Below, piece by piece: positions 9,456 through 18,945 of a stretch of 64,000 bases of DNA (its first letter is position 1; each line of letters begins with the position of its first letter). The translations under genes were made by a program, and so were the position numbers. A model generated the notes under the pieces. It was not told where the DNA came from and ran no database searches. It saw nothing but the letters and a program-made list of their open reading frames with translations. The stretch is taken from contig JANOTL010000094.1 of NCBI GenBank assembly GCA_031416315.1, positions 41,357 to 105,356 of the forward strand, written 5' to 3'. This DNA is from Pseudomonadota bacterium (lineage in GTDB: Bacteria > Bdellovibrionota_B > Oligoflexia > Oligoflexales > CAIYRB01).

Positions 9456-9926
9456 ATGCGCGCCGAAGAAAAGATGACCCGCAAACTGCATCTGACCAGT
9501 CCCAAGGAGTCGGCAGGGGTCGCCTTCGGACGCATGCTGGAGCTGGCCGTCCGGCACTTGCCCGTCGTCGACGACGGGAAGCTCGTCGGCATCGTGTCGG
9601 ACCGAGATCTCCTCCTTTATTGCCGGGCGGGCCAAACCTACGACTTTCCCGTCGGCTTGGACGTCGACGGCGTGATGACCAGGAAGGTCGAGACCGCGAG
9701 CTGCAAGGCGACCCTCGCGGAGGTCGCCAAGAAGATGAACGACCGCAAGATCGACGCCCTGCCCATCGTCGACGGCGAAGGCAAGCTCGTCGGCCTGATC
9801 ACCGCCTTCGATCTCCTGGAGGTGCTCGCCGCCGGCGGTGCCGATCCCATGGGCGTCGACCGGAGCGATCAATTCCTCGAGCGTTATCGCTGGGACTTCC
9901 CGACGAGTTTTCCGGGCATGCTGTGA
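9456..9926 (+). CDS. CBS domain pair protein
   Basis: VRHLPVVDDGKLVGIVSDRD, ALPIVD...LVGLITAFD. Confidence 0.9.
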   Translation: MRAEEKMTRKLHLTSPKESAGVAFGRMLELAVRHLPVVDDGKLVGIVSDRDLLLYCRAGQTYDFPVGLDVDGVMTRKVETASCKATLAEVAKKMNDRKIDALPIVDGEGKLVGLITAFDLLEVLAAGGADPMGVDRSDQFLERYRWDFPTSFPGML

Positions 9927-9933
9927 GCGTCGC

Positions 9934-11034
9934 TTGAGCCCTTTGGCTCTCCTTCTGACGATCGTCAGCGTCGCCCTGCTCTTCGCTTTGGTCACCGAGA
10001 ACGGGACTAGCGCCGCGATCGCCGAGAAGCTCTTGTCGCGCCTCGGCAGTCGCATGCATCTCGCACCGCTGGCCTTGTTCGTCATCACCGCCGTGATCTC
10101 GGCAGCAGGCGCCGGCAACATCACGGCGACCCTGCTGATCGCCCCGCTGGCGATGCGGTTTGCGGCGCGGATCGGCCTCAGCCCGTTCTTGACGACGCTT
10201 TTGGTCATTGGCGGCGCGAATGCCGGTTCGCTGTCCCCCGTATCGATGACCGGAATCTTGGCGCGCGAGCTGCTCTCGGGCCCTCAATGGAGCGAAGCCG
10301 CGTTGACGTCGCTCTCGTGGCGCATGTTTTTGACGGTTTTCGGGAGCGTGACCGCCCTGCAGGCGATCGGCTTCCTGATCTTCGGCGGCTATGCCTGGTT
10401 GCGAGCCCACGCCCGGAAGGGCGTCGCCAAGACCGGCGAGCCGCGTCTTTTGAATCGTGCGCAGCTCGTGACGACGCTCGTCGTCGCGATGTTCTCGGTT
10501 CTCGTGCTCGCCACGCCGCTGTCGCCGGGACTGATCGCGGCCGTCGCGGCGATCGTCCTGATCTCGTCGCGCCTCGCCTCGCTCCAAAAAGCTCTACGCC
10601 TCGTGCCTTGGAAGTCGGTCGCTTTGATCGCCGTCATGCTCCAGCTCGCCCACTTCGCCGAGCGTTTCGGCTGGGTCGCTTTGGCCGCCTCGCAGCTGTC
10701 CCAGATGGGGACCCCCGCTTCGATGCCGATCTGGATCGCTTTGATCGCGGCCGCGCTTTCTACGGTGTCCAGCTCGTCGGGCGTCGTGTTGCCGCTCCTT
10801 CTGCCGATGATCCCAGCCTTCGCCGCGGCCGGCGCCGACCCCGGCGCGACGGCGGTGGCGGTGGTCCTTGGCTCGCATCTCGTGGATTGCAGCCCCTTGT
10901 CGAGCCTGGGCGCGATGTGCTTGGGAGCGGTGCATGGAGAAAGCCGGAAGCAGGAACGTAGGCTTTTCGTCGCGCTCTTGGCTTGGGGCCTGGCGATGGT
11001 GCCGGTCTCGGGTTTGATCGCCGCGATGCTCTGA
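9934..11034 (+). CDS. Ion transporter superfamily permease (SLC13/ArsB/CitM-like); start uncertain
   Basis: Many TM segments, GANAGSLSP and DCSPLSSLGA motifs. Confidence 0.8.
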   Translation: MSPLALLLTIVSVALLFALVTENGTSAAIAEKLLSRLGSRMHLAPLALFVITAVISAAGAGNITATLLIAPLAMRFAARIGLSPFLTTLLVIGGANAGSLSPVSMTGILARELLSGPQWSEAALTSLSWRMFLTVFGSVTALQAIGFLIFGGYAWLRAHARKGVAKTGEPRLLNRAQLVTTLVVAMFSVLVLATPLSPGLIAAVAAIVLISSRLASLQKALRLVPWKSVALIAVMLQLAHFAERFGWVALAASQLSQMGTPASMPIWIALIAAALSTVSSSSGVVLPLLLPMIPAFAAAGADPGATAVAVVLGSHLVDCSPLSSLGAMCLGAVHGESRKQERRLFVALLAWGLAMVPVSGLIAAML

Positions 11035-11064
11035 TCGTACAGACCATCGCGAAATCCACGCGGC

Positions 11065-11817
11065 TCAGTCGGCGAAGTCGAACAACCGATTGACCGATTG
11101 TCCGCCCAGCACCCGCACGTGAGCCAAGTATTCCGTGCGCTCACGCGCATCCGTCACGAGCTTCGTCACTTCGAACTTCTTCGACCGGCTCTGATCCCGA
11201 CAATCTTCTTCCCTTTCGAAGATCCTCGCGATCGGCTGCACGACGATGACGTTGCCGGGCGTGACTTGCTCGCGAACCTCGACGATTTTCATGCAGCCGA
11301 TGAGCATATGCGGGTAAGTCCCCTGTAGGATGAGCGTGTGGTTGCCGTCGGGGCCGGTCGAGAAGGCGACGTTGTCGACGGGACCGTAGAGGAAGTCGTC
11401 CGGGTTGCGCGAGCTGGCCTCCACGATCGACAAGGGGCGCGTCGGCGTCCCGGGACGGTCGACGACCTCGACCTGATACTCTCCGACCGGCAGGGGCCCG
11501 AGCTTCACCGACTCGAGGAAGGGCACCATGATCTGCGCGCAGAAGACGCCGGCGTAATGCCAGGCCTTCACCACGACGGTGATCTTGTTGGTGTCGAGAT
11601 CGACGGACGCGGTCGCGGGCCCCATCTTGTAGCAGGTGCTCGGGAAGTGGCCGTGCACGATCACTTCCGCATTGTCGTTGTCGTCGAAGCCGAGCGGCAC
11701 GAAGGCGCGCTCGACCGGCGCTGTGACGAGGACTGGTCCGCTTGCGGCTGCGCTCGCCAATCCCGTGATCGCGAGGGCGGAGAACGCCGCGGAGAACGTC
11801 GTAATGAGCTTGAGCAT
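11065..11817 (-). CDS. Secreted hypothetical protein, 'FVPxGFDDND' family
   Basis: Signal peptide; FVPLGFDDND...TCY...PDDFLY...HVRVLGG; paralog of 768..1496. Confidence 0.8.
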   Translation of the reverse strand: MLKLITTFSAAFSALAITGLASAAASGPVLVTAPVERAFVPLGFDDNDNAEVIVHGHFPSTCYKMGPATASVDLDTNKITVVVKAWHYAGVFCAQIMVPFLESVKLGPLPVGEYQVEVVDRPGTPTRPLSIVEASSRNPDDFLYGPVDNVAFSTGPDGNHTLILQGTYPHMLIGCMKIVEVREQVTPGNVIVVQPIARIFEREEDCRDQSRSKKFEVTKLVTDARERTEYLAHVRVLGGQSVNRLFDFAD

Positions 11818-11873
11818 GCTTCATCCTTCTCTAGGTATCGGCTTTGTGAGGACGCTTGTTCTGCCCGTCACAT

Positions 11874-11889
11874 TGCTAGAACCGTACCA
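11874..11889 (-). promoter_or_regulatory. Putative sigma54 promoter
   Basis: Minus strand TGGTACGGTTCTAGCA. Confidence 0.55.
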
Positions 11890-11923
11890 AGTCGGAATCG
11901 CGCCGATGGCCCTGCGCCTTTGC

Positions 11924-13492
11924 TCATTCCAGAATCGCGAGATCACCCAGCGCCGACACGGCCGCCAGCGCGTCGATCGAGTCCGCGGACCGCGGCAACC
12001 GCAGCTCGCGCAGATTCTCGAAACCCGCGAGGGGCGCGAGGTCCGCGGTCGCCACGCCCGATAGGTCGACGTACTGAAGGTTCGTGAACTCGGCGATCGC
12101 CGAGAGGTCGGCGATGGCGGTTCGTGAGAGATCGAGCGACCGCGCTCTCTGCAGCGCATCATTGGCTGAATGGCAGCTACACGCTGTGCCAAAACACGCA
12201 GCGCGGCGCAGGATGCCCATTTCTGCTGCAGCCAGAGCGTCTCCCGTGCTTTGCGCCGCGAGACAACGTTGGACGAAGGCGTTGCGCCGATCGAGCCGCC
12301 AGGTCGGAGCCTGCAGCGTCGGACCGGTGACGCGGACTCCCGACGCAGTCAGCAGCTCGATGACGTCCTGGTTCGCAAGCGCATTCCATCCGACACGCAG
12401 AAATCGCAACGCCGTGAGCCCGCGAAGCGGGGTCACATCGGTGAGGGCGTTGTCGTCGAGGTTGAGACGCTCGACCGAGCGCAACGCCGCAAGGGGCCGC
12501 GCATCAATCAGGAGCGAGCGTGACAGATCGACTTCACGCGCCGCCCCCGCCCACGCCTGCAACTCCTCGCAGGTGACGTCGCTCTCGAAACGCCGACGCC
12601 CGTCGGCGCGCACGAACGCGGTCCGAAGCGCTGCGACCGTGCGGCGCGCTCCATCATCGCCATTCTCGGCGAGGCAAAGGTCGCTCGCGTCGGCAAGGGC
12701 CTCGACTTGCTCGCCGCAGCCGGCGCCGGAGCGCCAACCGGTCTCCGCCTCGAGCCAACATGCGTACGGCGCGACCAAGGTCCAGATTCCGGGGTAATCG
12801 GCGTTGCCACACGGGGCGGGACCTCGAGAAGTGATCCCCAGCAGGCGAAAACCGCCGTCCGCTGTGCGTCCGAACGCGGGGCCGCCGCTATCGCCATCGC
12901 ATGCATCGCCCGCGTCGTCGCCAAGCGCGATCTCGCGAGCGCTGCGGAACTTCAAGCGCGCCTCGCCTTCGAACTTGCGTCCCAAAGCCCGCGTTTCGTT
13001 GTCATGGACGCCGAAGCCGACGATCCGCAAGCTCGAGCCTGGTAGGAGCGCGGCGTCGACCTCGAAGACCGTGGTCGCCACGGGCACGAGCTCGACGTCG
13101 TTCTGGGCCTCGGCCAAGATCAGATAGGCGAGGTCACTCGAGCCCCAAACGCCGCTCGGATAGGCGGGATGCCGCGCGCCGCGTACGACCGCGAGCGCAT
13201 CGCCGAAGCGGCCGCCGTCCTCGCCGAGGCCTCGGTGCACCGAAATCGTGCCGAGATCCGCTCCGGACGGCAGGCAATGTGCCGCGGTCAGCACCACGGT
13301 CGGCGCGATCAAGACCCCGGTGCACGTGAGGTTGCCATGCGAGGTCAAGGCAACGGTGTTCGCCCAGTGCCCGTCCGCGACCGGCGCCGCGTTGGGGCCG
13401 ACGACGCTCGGATCGGAGAAAGACATCGCGCGACCGCAGCCGAGGAGTGCCGTTAACGCCAGCAGGACGAGAATCGGGATGTGATTGGCCAT
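11924..13492 (-). CDS. Lipoprotein trypsin-like (S1) serine protease with internalin-like leucine-rich repeats
   Basis: LLGC lipobox, LTAAHC, DLA, CDGDSGGP, LNLDDNALTDVTPL LRRs. Confidence 0.9.
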   Translation of the reverse strand: MANHIPILVLLALTALLGCGRAMSFSDPSVVGPNAAPVADGHWANTVALTSHGNLTCTGVLIAPTVVLTAAHCLPSGADLGTISVHRGLGEDGGRFGDALAVVRGARHPAYPSGVWGSSDLAYLILAEAQNDVELVPVATTVFEVDAALLPGSSLRIVGFGVHDNETRALGRKFEGEARLKFRSAREIALGDDAGDACDGDSGGPAFGRTADGGFRLLGITSRGPAPCGNADYPGIWTLVAPYACWLEAETGWRSGAGCGEQVEALADASDLCLAENGDDGARRTVAALRTAFVRADGRRRFESDVTCEELQAWAGAAREVDLSRSLLIDARPLAALRSVERLNLDDNALTDVTPLRGLTALRFLRVGWNALANQDVIELLTASGVRVTGPTLQAPTWRLDRRNAFVQRCLAAQSTGDALAAAEMGILRRAACFGTACSCHSANDALQRARSLDLSRTAIADLSAIAEFTNLQYVDLSGVATADLAPLAGFENLRELRLPRSADSIDALAAVSALGDLAILE

Positions 13493-13522
13493 CCAGCCAG
13501 TTTACCCGCACGCGCTCCTTAA

Positions 13523-13545
13523 TATCAATAGATTTCAACAGCTTG
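13523..13545. promoter_or_regulatory. Possible IHF binding site(s)
   Basis: AT-rich TATCAATAGATTTCAACAGCTTG resembles WATCAANNNNTTR, about 45 bp upstream of a sigma54 site. Confidence 0.35.
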
Positions 13546-13586
13546 CGCGAAAACGCGCGGGTGCGTGATACGACGCAGGCGAAAGG

Positions 13587-13602
13587 CGGTACGGCCCTTG
13601 CT
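13587..13602 (+). promoter_or_regulatory. Putative sigma54 promoter
   Basis: CGGTACGGCCCTTGCT. Confidence 0.7.
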
Positions 13603-13637
13603 CAGGAAGAGGGACGATCCCACGTGAAAGGCTCTCC

Positions 13638-14771
13638 ATGACTCTCCTGCGCTCGGCCCTGGCCAAGAGCCTCGGCCTTCTCTGTCTCGTCACGACCGAA
13701 GCCTTGGCCTTCGAGCCACGCTGGCGCAAAGACATGCGCGAGATGGCGGAAGTCTTCTCCGAGGCGCTGCCGATCGTCATAAGCGACGCGGCCTATGAGA
13801 AGCCTTCGCTGCAGAAAAAATTGGTGAAGGACCTCCGCAAGCTCTCGAAGACGGCGAAGCGGGTCGAAAGGGCGTTGAGCGAGCAGATCGACGACCCGGT
13901 CATCCCCCACGTGACCGTGAAAATGTCGCGAAGCTTCGACCGCGCCGCGACGCTGCTCGAGAGGGGCGAGGCCGGCACGGCTCGCGGCCTCGTACGCAGC
14001 GCGACGGGGTACTGCATCAGCTGTCATACGCGCCTGCCCGGCGCGGCCGCTTCGGTCGCGGTCGAGCCGCGCGCTCCCAAGGGATTCGTGCTCGGAGCCG
14101 CCGACACCGCCGAGTTCTACGCCGCGACGCGCCAGTTCGAGAAGGCGATCGTCTCGTACGAGGCCGTCATGAAGGACCGCTGGCTTGCCGCGACGTTTCC
14201 CCACCGTTGGGCGCTCGCCGCGCAAAAGATGCTGGCGATCGTGGTGCGCGTCCGCGATGAGCCTCGCCTGGCGCTCGAGATCCTATCGGCCATTCGCGAC
14301 GAGAAGGCGACGCCCGCGGCGCTTTACCGCGACGCCCTGATCTGGCGCGGCTCGGTGGAGGAGTGGCTGGCGGAGCCGAGCGCGAAACCGCGCGACCTCG
14401 CGCGCGCCAACGAGCTCTACGCCGAGGGCGAGGCCCAGGTCTTGAAGACCGGGTCGCAGGCAGCGGGATTGATCCCTTTCCTGCGCGCGTCCGCGATCCT
14501 TCACGAGCTGCTGCGCGAGCGGCGCAACGACCAGGAATTCGCGGCGACCCTCGATCTCGCGGGCAAAACGGCCGAATGGCTCGCGCCGATCGTGCTCTGG
14601 ACCTTGAACGAGTCTTACTTCGAGGCCTGCATTCGGGTCGTCCCGCACACGGCGCGCGCCGGAATTTGTCTCGAGCACTTCAAGGATGCGCACGTGACGT
14701 CGATCGAGCGGGACGAGGCGCGGCTGAGCGAGCTCGAGAGGCTCGCTTCCGAGGTGGAGTCCGGGAAGTAG
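13638..14771 (+). CDS. Exported mono-heme c protein with helical/TPR-like C-terminus
   Basis: Signal peptide, YCISCH; paralog of 1518..2678. Confidence 0.75.
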   Translation: MTLLRSALAKSLGLLCLVTTEALAFEPRWRKDMREMAEVFSEALPIVISDAAYEKPSLQKKLVKDLRKLSKTAKRVERALSEQIDDPVIPHVTVKMSRSFDRAATLLERGEAGTARGLVRSATGYCISCHTRLPGAAASVAVEPRAPKGFVLGAADTAEFYAATRQFEKAIVSYEAVMKDRWLAATFPHRWALAAQKMLAIVVRVRDEPRLALEILSAIRDEKATPAALYRDALIWRGSVEEWLAEPSAKPRDLARANELYAEGEAQVLKTGSQAAGLIPFLRASAILHELLRERRNDQEFAATLDLAGKTAEWLAPIVLWTLNESYFEACIRVVPHTARAGICLEHFKDAHVTSIERDEARLSELERLASEVESGK

Positions 14772-14774
14772 CCA

Positions 14775-15584
14775 ATGAAGCGGCCCAATCCTCCGAGGAG
14801 ACCCTGCATGATGCGCCCCTTTGCGACCATGATTCTTTGCGTTGCCGCGACGAGCGCGTCAGCCAACGAGCTCGTGCTTCTTCCCGCGTTTCAGGACGGC
14901 CCGCTTGGCGCGTGTCCCGTTTTCGACCGCGCGACGAGCGCCGAGGCGGAGCTGCGGATCGCGAGCACGGTGCCGCGCACGACGACACTCGCGCTCGGCG
15001 CGGCGACGCCTTTGGGACGAGACGTCTCGTTCTCCGCGTCGGCGCAGACGCTCCAGGACGCGCGGGGGGCCGGTCGGCGCGCCGACGTGAAGGCAGGTCC
15101 TCTCGTCTGGTTCGGAGCGCTCGCGGTCGGCGGCGCGGTCGGTGCTGTTTTTCTCGCCGAGACGCCACGGCCTGCGCCGATGGCGACGGCCTTTGCCGGC
15201 TGGCGAGGCAAGGACCTGACGGCCGCGGTGCAACATCGGCTGTACGATAACGACGGCAAAGCGTCGCCGCCTCCCCCGACCACAGCGCTACGGGGTCGCT
15301 ATGCCTTGCTGCAAGAGTTGGATCTGGGATTCGATCTTTCGACGACCGATGCGCTCTGGTCCGTCGCCGGCGGCGGCGTCTACAAGACGACGGTCGGCGT
15401 CGATCTGGCGACGTCCTACCACTTTGCCGAGCCCAAAGCGGGCGCTTCGCGGCTAGGCGTCGGCGTCGTCGTCCCCGCAGCGGCGTTCAGGTTGCAGTTG
15501 GATCTCGGATACCAGACCAGCAAGCCCCCAGGTTCCGACGCCAAGGCCTGGGACATCGCTTCGAGCTTGGTCGTACCCCTCTGA
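14775..15584 (+). CDS. Secreted hypothetical protein, possibly beta-stranded; start uncertain
   Basis: Signal-like segment and alternating hydrophobic strands; follows the upstream gene directly. Confidence 0.55.
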   Translation: MKRPNPPRRPCMMRPFATMILCVAATSASANELVLLPAFQDGPLGACPVFDRATSAEAELRIASTVPRTTTLALGAATPLGRDVSFSASAQTLQDARGAGRRADVKAGPLVWFGALAVGGAVGAVFLAETPRPAPMATAFAGWRGKDLTAAVQHRLYDNDGKASPPPPTTALRGRYALLQELDLGFDLSTTDALWSVAGGGVYKTTVGVDLATSYHFAEPKAGASRLGVGVVVPAAAFRLQLDLGYQTSKPPGSDAKAWDIASSLVVPL

Positions 15585-15701
15585 AATCAGCTCTTTTCCC
15601 TTGCGAAAAAGGCTTCGGCTTGCGATCCGGCGGCCGTGGGATCGCCAACGACGCGGCCGCCGCGCCGTTGCCGACCCGGCCCAAGCCGGGTACGATGCGG
15701 C

Positions 15702-17042
15702 ATGAATTTGCTCGCCGTCTTCGTGCTGGTGTTCGCCAACGGCTTTTTCGTCGCCGCCGAGTTCGCGCTCGTGACGGTGCGCCGTACACGAATCGCTCAA
15801 CTGATGGACGAGGGTGTGGGCGCCGCGCGCGCCGTCGACCGCGCGCTCACCGACCTGGACCGCTACATCGCGGGAAGTCAGGTCGGCATCACGCTCGCGA
15901 GCTTGGCGCTCGGCTGGATCGGCGAGCCGACCTTGGCGAAGATTCTGCAGCCTTTGCTGCAGGACATGTTCCCGAACACCGCGGTCGTCATCGCGCACAG
16001 CATCGCGGTTGGCGTGGCCTTCGCGATCATCACCTTCCTCCACGTGATCCTCGGCGAGCTGGTGCCGAAATCGCTTGCCTTGCAAAAGGCGGAAGAGACC
16101 GCTCTCTTCGTCGCGCGGCCGATGCGCGTCGTGGTGGCCCTGTTCCGCCCGCTGATTTGGAGCCTGAACGGCCTCGGTAACTTGCTCCTGCGCCTCGTGG
16201 GCTTGGAGCCGGCCGGCGAGCACGCCTCCGTGCACTCGTCCAAGGAGCTGGGACTACTCGTCCGCGAGAGCCATGAGGCCGGCGAGCTCGACGACACGGA
16301 GCGCCGGCTTCTGCAGCGCTCTTTGCGTTTCAGCGAGACCACCGTCTCCTCGATCATGGTGCCGCGCGCGGATATGGAAGCGCTCGACCTGTCCCAGCCC
16401 ACCGAGATCGTGATGCAGCGCGTCGCCAAGCTGAAGCATTCGCGCTTTCCCGCATACGACGGCTCGCCGGACCACATCGTCGGCATCCTCTATCTGCAGG
16501 ATCTGTTCGCGGCGCTCGAAGGCGCGCGCGGGAACCTCGCGGCGCTCGATCTGCAGAAGCTCGTCAAACCGCCGCTGCTCGTCCCCGAATCCGTCCATTT
16601 GGACATCCTCATGAAGCGCTTTCGCACCTCGCAGGTGCAGCTCGCGGTCGTCGTCGACGAATACGGGGGCACGGCCGGCATCGTGACGCTCGAGGACGTC
16701 GTCGAGTGCGTCTTCGGTCGCATGAACGACCACAACGAGGTCGGCGACGAGCCCTTCTCGCCGACCATAGACGGCTTTATGATCAAGGGCGACGCCCGCC
16801 TCGTGGAGGTGAGTGAGCTCCTCGGCCACGAGCTCACCGACGAGACCTCCGACACCATCGCCGGCTTCGTCGTCGCGAAGCTCGGGCGCCTCGCGAAGGT
16901 CGGCGACCGCGTTCGCGTTCACCGCGCCGACTTCGAGGTGACCGAGGTGGACCATCGCCGCGTCACCGGGCTCAGGCTGCGGTTGCCGCAGTCGGGTATC
17001 GATCTGGGCGCGGACCCCCTCGAAGGTGAGCCGGCGCCCTGA
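15702..17042 (+). CDS. Hemolysin/TlyC family protein (CNNM-CBS-CorC)
   Basis: NGFFVAAEFALV, LGELVPK, HSRFP, VVDEYGGTAGIVTLED. Confidence 0.95.
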   Translation: MNLLAVFVLVFANGFFVAAEFALVTVRRTRIAQLMDEGVGAARAVDRALTDLDRYIAGSQVGITLASLALGWIGEPTLAKILQPLLQDMFPNTAVVIAHSIAVGVAFAIITFLHVILGELVPKSLALQKAEETALFVARPMRVVVALFRPLIWSLNGLGNLLLRLVGLEPAGEHASVHSSKELGLLVRESHEAGELDDTERRLLQRSLRFSETTVSSIMVPRADMEALDLSQPTEIVMQRVAKLKHSRFPAYDGSPDHIVGILYLQDLFAALEGARGNLAALDLQKLVKPPLLVPESVHLDILMKRFRTSQVQLAVVVDEYGGTAGIVTLEDVVECVFGRMNDHNEVGDEPFSPTIDGFMIKGDARLVEVSELLGHELTDETSDTIAGFVVAKLGRLAKVGDRVRVHRADFEVTEVDHRRVTGLRLRLPQSGIDLGADPLEGEPAP

Positions 17043-17048
17043 GTGCGA

Positions 17049-17477
17049 TTACTTGTGCAGCGCCGAGACGCTCTCGATGACGAGCGAGTCGGGCGTCGTG
17101 ATCTGCACGGCGCCGGCGTCGTTGTTGCGGACGTCGAGGTAAACTTTGCCCTGCGAGTAGCCGTAGGACAAGCAGACCGGCCCCGAGGCGATCGCCAACT
17201 CGAACTGCTGGATCTCCGTGCGCGCGGCGGCGCTGACGTTGTTTTTGATCAGGCTCACGTAGTCGGCGACGCGCGTGTCGTATTGGATCGTGTAGGAGTC
17301 GTCGGCCGTCCAAGCGAGCTCGAGGTCGATCGTGCCAGGGCAGTTGTGCGCCTCGGCCGTGCGGACGTCGAGGACGAGCAGCTCGGCGCTGGGGGCGAGC
17401 TCGATGATGCGGGTTTCCGCGAGGGCGGGGGTGGCGAGGGTGGCGAGGGCGAGGCTCAGAGTTTGGATCGAGCGCAT
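17049..17477 (-). CDS. Secreted hypothetical protein
   Basis: Signal peptide, GGAG RBS, GC3-biased codons. Confidence 0.7.
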   Translation of the reverse strand: MRSIQTLSLALATLATPALAETRIIELAPSAELLVLDVRTAEAHNCPGTIDLELAWTADDSYTIQYDTRVADYVSLIKNNVSAAARTEIQQFELAIASGPVCLSYGYSQGKVYLDVRNNDAGAVQITTPDSLVIESVSALHK

Positions 17478-17623
17478 GGTTTGGAGGTCTCCAAATGAGT
17501 TTGTCTGGCAGCCTTCTTTTACGCGAGGCGCTCTTTCCCGGTAAGCCTTGGCCAGCCAGTTAGCCGGAAATGGTCGTCCTGACTAAGCCTTTCTGCGACG
17601 CGGCTGAGGCGTTCGCCAGCTGA

Positions 17624-17652
17624 GCGTTCTGCGAACACAAATCGCAGAACGC
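17624..17652. repeat. Perfect 11-bp inverted repeat in a divergent intergenic region
   Basis: GCGTTCTGCGA-ACACAAA-TCGCAGAACGC. Confidence 0.8.
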
Positions 17653-17722
17653 ACTCCTCGCCGCTATTCAGCGCCCACGGGCTGCGCTATCTTGCGCCTC
17701 CACAACCTGGAGCCCGAACCCC

Positions 17723-18115
17723 ATGAAACTCTCGATCCTCTTCGCCCTCTCGACCGTTTTCGCCGCAGCCGAGGCCATTGCCGGCACGACCGTCTGCTCG
17801 TCGGCGGACCAGCGCGTCTCGACCGCGGCCAGCTTCCCCGACGGCGGCGCGCCGTTCGAGCCGACCTACCGTATCGCCCTCGACGGCATCACCCTCTTCG
17901 AGCGTGACGTCTTCAGCGGCGCCGACGTCCAGGACGCGGATTATGCCGTCACCGACGAGACCGAGATCTCGTTCGAGCCGATGACGAAAGACCAGCCGCA
18001 GACGCGCGTGTTCGCCGCGCGCCTCGATTTACAGAGCCGCGCGACGGGCGCGACCCTGTTCTCGGATTTCATGCTGTGCAAGACGGTCAGCCGTCCCTGC
18101 CCGCTCTGTCCCTGA
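17723..18115 (+). CDS. Secreted hypothetical protein
   Basis: Signal peptide, C-terminal CPLCP. Confidence 0.7.
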   Translation: MKLSILFALSTVFAAAEAIAGTTVCSSADQRVSTAASFPDGGAPFEPTYRIALDGITLFERDVFSGADVQDADYAVTDETEISFEPMTKDQPQTRVFAARLDLQSRATGATLFSDFMLCKTVSRPCPLCP

Positions 18116-18127
18116 ACGCGCCGCGAC

Positions 18128-18862
18128 TCACGGCGCTACGGACGGCGCCGGGTTGTTCTGCTTGAGGCATTTGCGCGCCTTGGCGAGGAGCGCCAGGAGC
18201 TGCCCCTTGCTCGGCGACAGGCACTTGCCGTCCTTGTCGATGCTCGACACCCATTTGATGTAGCCCGAAAGCTCTTTGAAGTCGGTCGGGCAGGCGCCAG
18301 CGACCTGGATCGCCGTGAGGCTGCCGCGCCAGATGAACGGACCTTGCCAAGTGGCGATGGCGAACGCCGCATCCGAGTGCCCGTCGTTCATCCAGCCGAA
18401 GAGGCTGAAGTCGCCGCCGAAATCTTGCTTAAGCGAAGCGTACTCAGGGAGCTCCGTCTCCATCAACGCTTTCAGCGTGAGGCTCGCCGTGTACTGACAG
18501 GCCATCGCGACCTTGCTCGGCTTCACGCTGCAGGCGGAGTTGGCGTTCGCGGTTTCGCCGTTGCAAGCCGCGCCGTTCTGATAGGGCGCGTAGAAGTCGT
18601 CGCTGGAGAAGGTCATGTACTTGCCGCGGCTCGAATAGAGCCAGTACTCGTTGCCCGTCGAGTAGTCCCAGTCCGTCGTCGGATTGACGTCGGCCGGGAT
18701 CTGCGTCACGGCCGGCTTGTTCTCGAGGATGTCGAGACCGACGACGGCGGGCGCGTCGGCCAGCACGGTTTCGTCGGCTTTCAAGGTGGTCTTGCCGTCG
18801 CCGGTGCGGCAACCGGTGAGCACGAGGATGGCGAGGGTCGCGGCGGTCGTCGTCTTCAACAT
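18128..18862 (-). CDS. Cys-rich hypothetical lipoprotein
   Basis: MLKTTTAATLAILVLTGC lipobox; GGAG RBS. Confidence 0.75.
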   Translation of the reverse strand: MLKTTTAATLAILVLTGCRTGDGKTTLKADETVLADAPAVVGLDILENKPAVTQIPADVNPTTDWDYSTGNEYWLYSSRGKYMTFSSDDFYAPYQNGAACNGETANANSACSVKPSKVAMACQYTASLTLKALMETELPEYASLKQDFGGDFSLFGWMNDGHSDAAFAIATWQGPFIWRGSLTAIQVAGACPTDFKELSGYIKWVSSIDKDGKCLSPSKGQLLALLAKARKCLKQNNPAPSVAP

Positions 18863-18945
18863 GGGGATCTCTCCGGTGGGGTGCAGAGAGAGGGATCGGC
18901 TGCCACCGGCCCATTCTTGAGGGTAAATTTTCGCAGCAAAAACGC

